DNA of 64,000 nt from contig CAVXXK010000006.1 in NCBI GenBank assembly GCA_963765675.1, positions 416,001-480,000 on the forward strand, written 5' to 3'. Shown piece by piece: positions 1 through 9,070 of the stretch. How positions within the stretch are numbered: position 1 is the stretch's first letter; every line of letters starts with the position of its first letter. The position numbers and the translations under genes are program-made. The notes under the pieces are model-generated. The model did not search any database. It saw only the letters and a program-made list of their open reading frames with translations, and was not told the DNA's origin. Origin of the DNA: an uncultured delta proteobacterium. Its GTDB lineage: Bacteria; Desulfobacterota; Binatia; Binatales; Binataceae.

Positions 1-1796
1 TCCAGGATAATCGGGCGCGCTTTTTCCATCGTCGCTTTGAAGCCCATCGACGCCGCGATCTGAAACGCCATGTCCGAGGAATCGACGTCGTGGTAGCTGC
101 CGTCGAAGACCGTCACGCGGACATCGACGATCGGAAATCCCGCGAGGAATCCTTCTATCAGCGTGTTGCGCACGCCTTTCTCGACCGACGGAATAAAGTT
201 GCGCGGAATTGCCCCGCCGACGATTTGATCGACGAATTCGAAGCCACCACCCCGCGCCAGCGGCTCGATTTTGAGCCAGCAGTCGCCGTATTGGCCGCGT
301 CCTCCCGACTGGCGCTTGTACTTGCCTTGCGCCTCGGCGCGCCCCTTGATCGTCTCGCGGTATGGAACCTTCGGCGCCTGAAGTTCAACTTCTACATTAA
401 ATTTTCGTTTGAGCTTCTCGACCGTGACCTCGATATGCATCTGCCCGGTGCCGGACAGGATAATCTCGTGGCTCTGCGGGTCGCGATGCATCTCCAGCGC
501 GGTGTCTTCCTCGACCAGCTTGTGCAGCGCCGCCGAGGCTTTCTCCTCGTCGGCCTTGGTCTTTGGTCTGACCGCGAACGAGATGACGGCATGCGCGCGC
601 GGAGGCGGCTCGAACAGTACGGGCGACTTCTCGTCGCACAGCGTGTCGCCGGTAACGGTGTCCTTGAGCTTCGCCACGGCGACAATCTCGCCCGGCAGCG
701 CAATCGCCAGCGGCGCCTGCTTCTTTCCTTCGAGCCGCAGAAGCTGTCCGAAACGTTCCTTGGTCTCGCGAGTGGAGTTCAGCACGGTAGCGTCGCTGCG
801 CGCGGTGCCCGAGACGACCCGGAAGATCGAAAGCTTGCCCGCGAATGGGTCGATCACGGTCTTGAAGACCATCGCCGCGAACGGCGCCGCCGGATCCGCG
901 GCGCGCGCAAGTTCCTCCGACGAAGTGGGAGAATGCGCGAGCACGGGAGGCCGCTCGTTCGGCGCAGGCAGCATCAAGGTGATCGCGTCGAGCAGCGGAG
1001 CCACGCCGATATTTTTTGCGCCGGAGCCGCAGAAGACCGGCGTGATTTTCGCCGCCGTAACCGCGGCGTGAAGCGCGGGAATCACCTTCTCGAGCGGGAG
1101 TGTGCCCTTCTCGAGATATTCCTCGAGCAGCGCGTCGTCGGTTTCCGCGACGACGTCGAACATCGCGGCGTGCGCCTTCTCCGCGCGATCCTTCTGCGCG
1201 CCCGAGAGCTCCTGCTCGACCGCCTTGCCGCTCGCGTCGGAATAGATGAGCGCCTTCATCGCGAGCACGTCGATCACGCCGTTAAGCGCGGTCTCCTCAC
1301 CGATTGGCAGCGTCAGCGCGACCGGCTTGGCGTCGAGCCCCTTCTCGAGATCCTTCATCGCGGCGTCGAAGCTCGTATGCTCGCGGTCCAGGCGCGAGAC
1401 AAAGGCGATTCGCGGCAGCTTGAGATCGTTCAGCGCCGCCCAGATTTTCTCGGACTCGACTTTCAGGTCGCCGCCCGGCGACACCAGCATCACGACGCCG
1501 TCCACGGCGTGCAGGGTGTTGAAGGTGTCCGGAAGAAATGCGCTGTAGCCGGCGGTGTTGGCGAGAATTACCTCGACTCGTTTCCAGCTCAGATGATGGA
1601 ACGAAGAGCCGATAGTCACTCCGCGATGCAGCTCTTCGGGTTCGAAATCCAGCAGTCCGGTGCCGTCGTCAGGACGCCCGAGGCGGGTTGTCGCTCCGGC
1701 GGTGAAGAGCATCGCTTCGGCCAACTGGCTTTTGCCGGTTCCACCCTGGCCGACGATCGCGATACTTCTGAGCCGCCCGATTTCCTCCACAGCCAT
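1..1796 (-). CDS. fusA: Elongation factor G paralog (EF-G2-like), 3' end runs off window
   Basis: Manual translation from ATG 1796: MAVEEIGRLRSIAIVGQGGTGKSQLAEAM...DFEPEELHRGVTI..., later EF-G segments (VFKTVIDPFAGKLSIFRV, GMGFKATMEK at the window edge). Missing from the ORF track because the stop is outside the window. Confidence 0.9.
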   Translation of the reverse strand, partial: MAVEEIGRLRSIAIVGQGGTGKSQLAEAMLFTAGATTRLGRPDDGTGLLDFEPEELHRGVTIGSSFHHLSWKRVEVILANTAGYSAFLPDTFNTLHAVDGVVMLVSPGGDLKVESEKIWAALNDLKLPRIAFVSRLDREHTSFDAAMKDLEKGLDAKPVALTLPIGEETALNGVIDVLAMKALIYSDASGKAVEQELSGAQKDRAEKAHAAMFDVVAETDDALLEEYLEKGTLPLEKVIPALHAAVTAAKITPVFCGSGAKNIGVAPLLDAITLMLPAPNERPPVLAHSPTSSEELARAADPAAPFAAMVFKTVIDPFAGKLSIFRVVSGTARSDATVLNSTRETKERFGQLLRLEGKKQAPLAIALPGEIVAVAKLKDTVTGDTLCDEKSPVLFEPPPRAHAVISFAVRPKTKADEEKASAALHKLVEEDTALEMHRDPQSHEIILSGTGQMHIEVTVEKLKRKFNVEVELQAPKVPYRETIKGRAEAQGKYKRQSGGRGQYGDCWLKIEPLARGGGFEFVDQIVGGAIPRNFIPSVEKGVRNTLIEGFLAGFPIVDVRVTVFDGSYHDVDSSDMAFQIAASMGFKATMEKARPIIL

Positions 1797-1872
1797 AGGA
1801 GACACTCCTCTCACGTTGGCGTCCCGCAGTGCGCGTAGCGGGACGGTTTCTACCGGCTATGTCGTCACTTGA

Positions 1873-2674
1873 TCACTCGTATGCTCCCTCGATACTGACG
1901 TCACCCGCCAGGATCCGCCTCCGCTCCGCGCCCGTATCAAGTATCAGCGCTCCGTCCGCGTCAATTCCGCGCACCACACCCGCTGTCGCGCCGCTCCCCG
2001 TCAACTACCGTCACCCGCCTTCCGGTCAGCGCCGAGAATCTTTCCCAGACTGGACGCACGGCGCTGAAACCTCGCGATACAGTTTCCATATAACGATAGT
2101 CAAGAAAACTGCAAAGCGATTCCGCTATTGCGATCCGGTCGCACGGACGTCCCAGCACCGCGCGCAACGAGGTTGCCTTGTCGCGCAGCTCGGCCGGAAT
2201 GTCTTCAGGCGCGAGATTGAGGTTCAGTCCAATTCCGAGCAGCACCGCTTCTAGCGTGCCATGCAGGTCGGTCATCGCCTCGGCAATGATGCCGCCGACC
2301 TTGCGCCCGCGAATCCATACGTCGTTGGGCCACTTGAGCGCGACGAGGCCCGGCGCCTCGCGTGCGAGCGCCTCGGCGGCAGCGACTCCCGCCACCAGGC
2401 TAAGCCGCGGAACCTCGGCTATCGGAATCGGGGGACGCAGGATAAACGTCGCGTAAAGGTTGGCTCCGGCGGGCGAATGCCACGTGCGCCCCATCCTGCC
2501 GCGTCCCGCAGTCTGGCGTTCCGCGATTACGACGGTACCCTGGGCGGAACCGGCGCTCGCGAGCTCGCGCGCAGTGGTTTGGGTGGAATCGAGCTCCTCG
2601 AAGTAATGGATTCGCCATCCGATTCGGCCCGGCTCGCCGCGCTCGATCGATTGGTAGGGGTTGCTGCGGGCCAT
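1873..2674 (-). CDS. birA: Biotin--[acetyl-CoA-carboxylase] ligase (no HTH), with +1 frameshift near 1979-1981
   Basis: STQ, QTAGRGRMGRTW, KWPND and KVGGI motifs. Removing one base restores the C-terminal GVVRGIDADGALILDTGAERRRILAGDVSIEGAYE* ending at 1873. Confidence 0.9.
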
Positions 2675-2712
2675 CGGTGTTCTCAAAATGCGCGCCCTTG
2701 CGGGCGCGATAG

Positions 2713-3561
2713 TCACACGCCTGCGATTCGCATGCTGATATCGACGGCGCGCGCGGAATGCGTCAGCGCACCGACTGAAATGATGTCGATACCGGTCTCG
2801 GCGATCTCGCGGACAGTATCGAGCGAAACGCCGCCCGAGACTTCGAGAATCGTGTCTTCGCCTGCGATCTTGCGAGCGCGGCGAACGTCCGCGAGCGCCA
2901 TGTTGTCGAGCAATATGGCGTCGGTGCCGGCGCGGCGCGCCTCTTCCACCTGCGCGAGCGTCTCGCATTCGATCTCGATTCGAAAACTGTGCGGCGCAAA
3001 CCGGCGCGCGCCCTCGATCGCGGCGGTGACTGACCCCGCCGCTGCGATATGGTTTTCCTTGATCAGAATTCCGCTGTCGAGGCCGAAGCGATGGTTATGT
3101 CCGCCTCCGGTACGAACCGCGTACTTCTCGAGTGCGCGCAGGCCCGGATGCGTCTTGCGCGTATCAACGATTCGGGCGCGCGTGCCGGCGACGGCATCGA
3201 CGAAGCGTCCGGTGATGGTGGCGATTCCGGACAGCAGTTGCACGAAATTGAGCGCGACTCGCTCTCCCGTCAGCAGGCCCGCGAGCATGCCATCGATTTC
3301 TGCCAGCACGTCGCCCTCTTGCAACCGCGAGCCCTCGGCGGCCAGCTTCTCGATGTGCGGCGCGGCACCGGTCATCGCGAATACCCGCTCGATGAGCATC
3401 CCGCCGGCCAGGATCATCTCCGCTTCCTTGACGATGATCCGCGCGCGTCCATGTTTTCCGTCGGGCACTGTCGCCGCGGTAGTAATATCGCCCTGCCCCA
3501 CATCTTCGGCCAGCGCCCGCCGGACGATGTCATCGAGAACGATTTGAGAGACTAGTTCCAT
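2713..3561 (-). CDS. nadC: Nicotinate-nucleotide diphosphorylase (quinolinate phosphoribosyltransferase)
   Basis: ED..GDITT, GERVALN, DTRKT.PGLR..EKYAV, NHRFGL, ILLDNM and DIISVGALTHS motifs. Confidence 0.96.
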   Translation of the reverse strand: MELVSQIVLDDIVRRALAEDVGQGDITTAATVPDGKHGRARIIVKEAEMILAGGMLIERVFAMTGAAPHIEKLAAEGSRLQEGDVLAEIDGMLAGLLTGERVALNFVQLLSGIATITGRFVDAVAGTRARIVDTRKTHPGLRALEKYAVRTGGGHNHRFGLDSGILIKENHIAAAGSVTAAIEGARRFAPHSFRIEIECETLAQVEEARRAGTDAILLDNMALADVRRARKIAGEDTILEVSGGVSLDTVREIAETGIDIISVGALTHSARAVDISMRIAGV

Positions 3562-3574
3562 CGTTGGATCGATT

Positions 3575-3613
3575 GTGTCATTCCCGCGCGTGGCTGCCGC
3601 GCGAGGAATCCCG
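3575..3613 (+). repeat. Left inverted repeat (GTCATTCC-type hairpin repeat)
   Basis: Internal imperfect hairpin ATTCC-CGCGCG/CGCGCG-A-GGAAT; exact reverse complement of 3937-3975. Confidence 0.9.
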
Positions 3614-3627
3614 TTTCGCGCCCCCGG

Positions 3628-3912
3628 TTAAGTCTCGCTCAAATCTGTCCAATCGGGATTTATTGATTCGATCAGCTTAATTTTCCGTTTGCGCGTCATC
3701 TTCTTGATCTCTTTTTCGCGGGCGATCGCCTCTGTAATCTCTCCGAACTCCTCAAAGTAAACCAGTTGGTTTATGTGATACTTGAAAGTAAAAGAATTCG
3801 GTGCGCCTTTCCTGTGTTCCTCAATTCGCCGTTCGAGATTGTTAGTCACGCCCGTGTAGAGCGTCCGCGAGCGGCTGCTCATCATATACACGCAATAAGT
3901 CCTATCGCCCAT
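3628..3912 (-). CDS. Small stand-alone GIY-YIG nuclease family protein
   Basis: YCVYMM...LYTGVTNNLERRIEEH...LVYFEEF...AIAREKEIK...NPDWTDL; 94 aa. Confidence 0.92.
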   Translation of the reverse strand: MGDRTYCVYMMSSRSRTLYTGVTNNLERRIEEHRKGAPNSFTFKYHINQLVYFEEFGEITEAIAREKEIKKMTRKRKIKLIESINPDWTDLSET

Positions 3913-3936
3913 GGAGTTAGTCTAGCGCAAGAAATC

Positions 3937-3975
3937 CGGGATTCCTCGCGCGGCAGCCACGCGCGGGAATGACAC
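3937..3975 (-). repeat. Right inverted repeat (GTCATTCC-type hairpin repeat)
   Basis: Exact reverse complement of 3575-3613. Confidence 0.9.
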
Positions 3976-4095
3976 CAATTGGAATTGGATCGTAATTTGG
4001 AGCGGAGATGGGAATCTCGCTTTGGGCGTTGGCAGGTGTCGCGACGGATGACGGCCCCGAGGGTGACTGGCTTAAAACCTCCGCTAGCCACCAGA

Positions 4096-6801
4096 CTACC
4101 GTTCCCTGCCCTTCAGCATTTGCAACTGAGTATCCAAGTGAGCTTCAGCGTCGTAGAGCTCCTCGAGTTTTTGGCTCGTCTCCTGCTGCGCCTCAGCGGA
4201 CGCTTTAGCTTTAAAGTCCGGGTTCATTCGGCGCTGTTCGTGTCTCTCGATGTGCGATTGAACTTCCTTCAGTTCCTTCTCTATCTGCCGTCTTTTCTTT
4301 TCAAGGTCGAAATCTTTCGGCGGACGTATGAAAACCGTGGCCCACGGAAACGTTTGGGTCACGTATCGTGTGCCGTCTGGAGCGACAAGCCAATTGACAA
4401 CCTCGACTTCTGTCCCGCGAACCAACACTTGAAGGTATTTACCCCAAATCTCGATTTCTCGAACTAGCGTTGCAAGTGCATCGTTTTTCGAGCCGTCGAG
4501 TACGTCGGGCTGAAGAAAAATTTTGATCTTTTCGCTCGGGGGAATCTCCGCAAATGACCGAAGAGAGTTAACAGCGCCAGTAGCTTCAACTAGGTGGCTC
4601 ATCAGTTGTGATTCTTCGTCCGCCAACCATGCATTCGCCGACGGCACCGGAAATTTTGCGATCGCCAGATGCTGACTCAGTTCCGCAACATCAAGGTACG
4701 GACGAATCACCTGCCAGATCTCTTCGCTGATGAATGGCATGAATGGATGCAGCAACCGCAGCATCGTGTCGAAGCATCGTACGAGCACCCAGCGCGCCGC
4801 TTCCTTGCGGTCGCCGCCCGCCTTCAGCGAATCTTTCGCGAGCTCGATATACCAGTCACAGAACTGGTGCCAGATGAACGTGTACAGTGTCATTGCGGCG
4901 ACGTTGAATTCGTACGCATCGACCGCGCGAGTCACCTCGCGAACAGTCTCGTCGAGGCGCGCGAGAATCCAGCGCTCCGCAAGTCCCAGCTTCGCGTGTT
5001 CCGGCTCCAGGAGCGGCTGAGCAGCTCCTTCGAGGTTCATCATCACGAAGCGTGCGGCGTTCCAGACTTTATTCGCAAACGCACGCGCCGCCGCAAATCG
5101 ATCGTGCGACAGAATAACGTTGCGCCCCTGCGCCGCCAGCTGCGCCAGCGTCAAGCGGACCGCATCGGTGCCGTACTGCTCCATCAGATCCATCGGGTCA
5201 ACCACGTTGCCCTTGGTCTTGGTCATCTTCTTCCCGTACTCGTCGCGCACCAGCGCCGTGATGTACACGTCTCTGAACGGCACTTGGTCGGTGAGCTCAA
5301 GTCCGAGCATCATCATCCGAGCGACCCAGAAGAAAATTATGTCGAAACCGGTGATAAGCAGGCTGGTCGGATAATACTTGCGCAATTCGGGAGTGTCGTC
5401 GGGCCATCCGAGGGTCGAGAACGGCCACAATCCGGAGCTAAACCAGGTATCGAGCACGTCTTCATCCTGGATGATATCGGTACCGCCACATTCTCCGCAC
5501 TTGGACGGACGTTCGGCCGCAACGGTGAAATGACTGCATCGCTCGCACCGATACGCGGGAATCCGATGCCCCCACCATAGCTGGCGCGAGATACACCAGT
5601 CGTACGCGTTTTCCATCCAGTCAAAAAATGTCTTCTCCCAGAACCTCGGATGAAAGGTCGTGTCTCCCCGCTTGACCGCGGCCATCGCGCGCTGCGCCAT
5701 CTCGCGTACGCGCAGGAACCACTGCTCGGAGAGCATCGGCTCGACCACGGTGTCGCAGCGCGAGCATACGCCAACCGCGTTAGTGTGCGGCTCGATTTTT
5801 TCGAGCAGCCCTTGTGCTTCCAAGTCCGCGACGATTGCCTTGCGTGCCGCGTCGCGCTCGAGGCCCTGGTACGCGCCGGCGTTCTCGTTCATCCGCGCGC
5901 GCAGGTTCATCACGGAGATCTGATCGAGCTTGTGCCGCTTGCCGATCTCGAAGTCGTTCAGATCGTGCGCGGGTGTGATCTTGACCGCGCCGGTGCCGAA
6001 TTTCGGATCGACCGCCGCGTCGGCGATGACCTTGATCTCGCGATTCATCAACGGCAGCCTGAGCGTTTTGCCGATGATCGCGGTGTAGCGCGTGTCGGTC
6101 GGATTCACGGCGACCGCAGTGTCGCCGAGCATCGTCTCGGGCCGCGTGGTCGCGACCGTGATCGAGCCGGAGCCGTCGGCGAACGGGTAGCGGATATACC
6201 ACAGGCTCGATTTCGCGTCTTTGTGATCGACCTCGAGATCGGAGAGCGCGGTTTCGCATCGCGGACACCAGTTGATCAGCCTGCGATCGCGGTAGATGAG
6301 TCCGCGCTTGTGCAACTCGACGAAAACCGTGTTGACCGCGCGTGAGAGTCCGGCGTCGAGCGTGAAGCGTTCGCGGCTCCAATCGCATGATGCGCCGATG
6401 CGCCGCAGTTGCAGCATGATGCGGTCGCCATATTGCTCGCGCCACTGCCAGACGCGATCGACGAATGCGTCGCGGCCCATCTGATGGCGATTCTTTCCGT
6501 CTTTCGCGATCGTTTTTTCGACCGCGTTCTGGGTCGCGATTCCCGCGTGATCGGTCCCCGGCAGCCACAGGGTGTTGTAACCCTGCATCCTGCGCATGCG
6601 CACGATAATGTCGTGCAGGGTCGCGTTTAGCGCATGCCCGAGATGAAGCTGCCCAGTTACGTTGGGCGGCGGAATGACGATCGAAAACACCGGGCCGGGC
6701 CGTTCGGGATCGGCCCTGAAATAACCGAGCTCAATCCACTGCTGGAACCATCTTTCCTCGGCGGCCTTGGGGTCGTAGGTTTTTCCGAGTTCCAAATTCA
6801 C
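4096..6801 (-). CDS. valS: Valine--tRNA ligase
   Basis: PPPNVTGQLHLGHA (HIGH), DWCISRQLWWGH, DVLDTWFSS, KMTKT (KMSKS), and a C-terminal coiled-coil arm. Confidence 0.97.
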   Translation of the reverse strand: MNLELGKTYDPKAAEERWFQQWIELGYFRADPERPGPVFSIVIPPPNVTGQLHLGHALNATLHDIIVRMRRMQGYNTLWLPGTDHAGIATQNAVEKTIAKDGKNRHQMGRDAFVDRVWQWREQYGDRIMLQLRRIGASCDWSRERFTLDAGLSRAVNTVFVELHKRGLIYRDRRLINWCPRCETALSDLEVDHKDAKSSLWYIRYPFADGSGSITVATTRPETMLGDTAVAVNPTDTRYTAIIGKTLRLPLMNREIKVIADAAVDPKFGTGAVKITPAHDLNDFEIGKRHKLDQISVMNLRARMNENAGAYQGLERDAARKAIVADLEAQGLLEKIEPHTNAVGVCSRCDTVVEPMLSEQWFLRVREMAQRAMAAVKRGDTTFHPRFWEKTFFDWMENAYDWCISRQLWWGHRIPAYRCERCSHFTVAAERPSKCGECGGTDIIQDEDVLDTWFSSGLWPFSTLGWPDDTPELRKYYPTSLLITGFDIIFFWVARMMMLGLELTDQVPFRDVYITALVRDEYGKKMTKTKGNVVDPMDLMEQYGTDAVRLTLAQLAAQGRNVILSHDRFAAARAFANKVWNAARFVMMNLEGAAQPLLEPEHAKLGLAERWILARLDETVREVTRAVDAYEFNVAAMTLYTFIWHQFCDWYIELAKDSLKAGGDRKEAARWVLVRCFDTMLRLLHPFMPFISEEIWQVIRPYLDVAELSQHLAIAKFPVPSANAWLADEESQLMSHLVEATGAVNSLRSFAEIPPSEKIKIFLQPDVLDGSKNDALATLVREIEIWGKYLQVLVRGTEVEVVNWLVAPDGTRYVTQTFPWATVFIRPPKDFDLEKKRRQIEKELKEVQSHIERHEQRRMNPDFKAKASAEAQQETSQKLEELYDAEAHLDTQLQMLKGRER

Positions 6802-6810
6802 CTTCTCTGA

Positions 6811-6833
6811 GTGCCACAGGCTTTAACCTGCGA
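6811..6833 (+). repeat. REP-like short palindrome (GTGCCACAGG..CCTG)
   Basis: GTGCCACAGGCTTTAACCTGCG resembles the copy at 35508-35530 (GTGGCACAGGCCTCAGCCAGTGC on the - strand). Confidence 0.4.
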
Positions 6834-6978
6834 AGGGGTTCACCGCCATTGAACAACTAATGCTGGATCATATTGGCGTCACGCAAATGCCTCAAGCCGT
6901 GCGGCGGGGCGCGCTTGTCAAATCAGCCCGCTTGGTAATATGGTGCGCATGGCCCAAATGGGGAGGGCCACCCGTTTC

Positions 6979-7011
6979 GCGACGAGTTCGCGTCGAGTTT
7001 GTGACGAGTTC
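6979..7011 (+). repeat. Three 11-bp direct repeats immediately before an RBS
   Basis: GCGACGAGTTC / GCGTCGAGTTT / GTGACGAGTTC followed by GGAGGAGG. Confidence 0.6.
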
Positions 7012-7029
7012 GGAGGAGGAGAGTAATCT

Positions 7030-7287
7030 ATGCTTGGTGGAACCAGCTTGAAAATCACTCTGGCTGCCGCCGCAGGCGCGCTCATGGTGATGGGTGCGCT
7101 CGCGGGATGCAGCTCGCTTTCGAGCGATCACGTTGATTGCAACGTAGTTAAGCTTCAATCCGAATCAGGACGCTCCGACGCGGAGATCGCTTCAGCGATC
7201 GGCGCGAGCATCGGCGATGTCGCCAAGTGCCACGGGCCCGAAACCTCAGGGAACAAGGAGTCCGGCGGCGAGCCTGGTCCCTATTGA
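7030..7287 (+). CDS. Small putative lipoprotein
   Basis: Strong RBS, hydrophobic signal with LAGC lipobox, two further Cys. Confidence 0.75.
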   Translation: MLGGTSLKITLAAAAGALMVMGALAGCSSLSSDHVDCNVVKLQSESGRSDAEIASAIGASIGDVAKCHGPETSGNKESGGEPGPY

Positions 7288-7305
7288 CGCTCTATAGGCC
7301 GGTAC

Positions 7306-7391
7306 TGGTGCGAGAGGGGGGACTTGAACCCCCACGAAGTTGCCTCCACAAGGTCCTGAGCCTTGCGCGTCTGCCATTCCGCCACTCTCGC
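7306..7391 (-). tRNA. tRNA-Leu (anticodon CAG)
   Basis: GCGAGAGTGGCGGAATGGCAGACGCG-CAAGG-CTCAGGA-CCTTG-long variable arm-GGGGGTTCAAGTCCCCC-CTCTCGC-ACCA. Confidence 0.97.
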
Positions 7392-7485
7392 GCGTGGGTG
7401 AGCTTATACGATTTATCCGGCGGCGGGCTCGGATTCAAGCCGCGGGCAATCGGATGAGCGCGCTTGTGGCGTGCGCGCGCGTTAA

Positions 7486-8205
<720 letters not shown>

Positions 8206-8219
8206 ACCATCCGGCGGCG

Positions 8220-9065
8220 ATGAAGCTTTCCGTCATCATCGCAACTCACAAGCGTCCCGATTCCCTGGCGAGGCTGCTCGGATCCCTCGCGCCGCAGGTC
8301 ACCGGCCGCGAGCGCGAAATCATCGTCGCCGAAAACGGTACCGCAGACCTGTTGACGCTTAGCGCCGATCTGCCGCCGCTAATCCATCTCCATGAACCAC
8401 GAGCCGGCAAATGCCGAATCCAGAATCGCGCGATCGCCGCGGCTTCGGGGACGATCCTGGTGTTTATGGACGACGACGTTATTGCGAACGAACACTACCT
8501 CGACGCGGTCGAGGAATTCTTCGCGTCGCATCCGGAATTTGCCGCGATGGCGGGTCGCGTCGCTCCGGCGGAAGACCCGGTCAAGAAAGCCGGTGACCGA
8601 TGGGTTTATCTGGACCTGCCACTCTTCGAACGCGGCGACAATGTGGTCGAGGTGCGCGGCGTGATCGGCGCCAACATGGCCTTTCGAGCCGAGGCGCTCG
8701 CGCATGTCGGTCCATTCGATGAACGCCTCGGGCCGGGCGCGGGCGGCCACGAAGAGGAAACCGAAATGTCCGCGCGGCTGCGGCACGCCGGTTATAGAAT
8801 CGGATACGCTCCCGACGCGATCGTCTATCATGAGGTCGATCCGGCTCGCGCCGATCGCGAACGGTTCATCCGCGTGTCGCGCGAGCGCGGACGATGCCGG
8901 ATGCTGCACGAAAATCATTCGGCTTTTGAGGTCATCACCAGGAACGCCGTTGCATGGGTGCGCCTCAGAGTCGCGCGAGCTACGGGCGCGTCGATCGAGC
9001 GAATCGCACGAGAGGAGCGTCGCGCGGCGGTCGCACGCGGAATGTTCGACGGACTCGGCGGCTAG
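8220..9065 (+). CDS. Glycosyltransferase family 2
   Basis: LSVIIATH, FMDDD (DXD), GANMAFR, FDERLG, EETE. Start placed at ATG 8220. Confidence 0.9.
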   Translation: MKLSVIIATHKRPDSLARLLGSLAPQVTGREREIIVAENGTADLLTLSADLPPLIHLHEPRAGKCRIQNRAIAAASGTILVFMDDDVIANEHYLDAVEEFFASHPEFAAMAGRVAPAEDPVKKAGDRWVYLDLPLFERGDNVVEVRGVIGANMAFRAEALAHVGPFDERLGPGAGGHEEETEMSARLRHAGYRIGYAPDAIVYHEVDPARADRERFIRVSRERGRCRMLHENHSAFEVITRNAVAWVRLRVARATGASIERIAREERRAAVARGMFDGLGG

Positions 9066-9070
9066 GTCCG

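Larger units (their letters stand above)
3575..3975. mobile_element. Putative GIY-YIG nuclease cassette bounded by a perfect 39-bp inverted repeat
   Basis: 3575-3613 GTGTCATTCCCGCGCGTGGCTGCCGCGCGAGGAATCCCG is the exact reverse complement of 3937-3975. The pair encloses a single AT-richer GIY-YIG ORF. Confidence 0.6.

Noticed and set aside
90-1838. 582-aa + strand ORF
   Set aside because: Antisense shadow of the EF-G gene; no motifs, Arg-rich composition typical of high-GC reverse frames.
2675-2968. N-terminal extension of the birA ORF (possible HTH)
   Set aside because: Overlaps nadC in another frame and has no HTH pattern; start placed at 2674.
3564-3992. TTGGATCG on both sides of the GIY-YIG cassette as a target-site duplication
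   Set aside because: The copies are at unequal distances from the inverted repeats and do not abut them.
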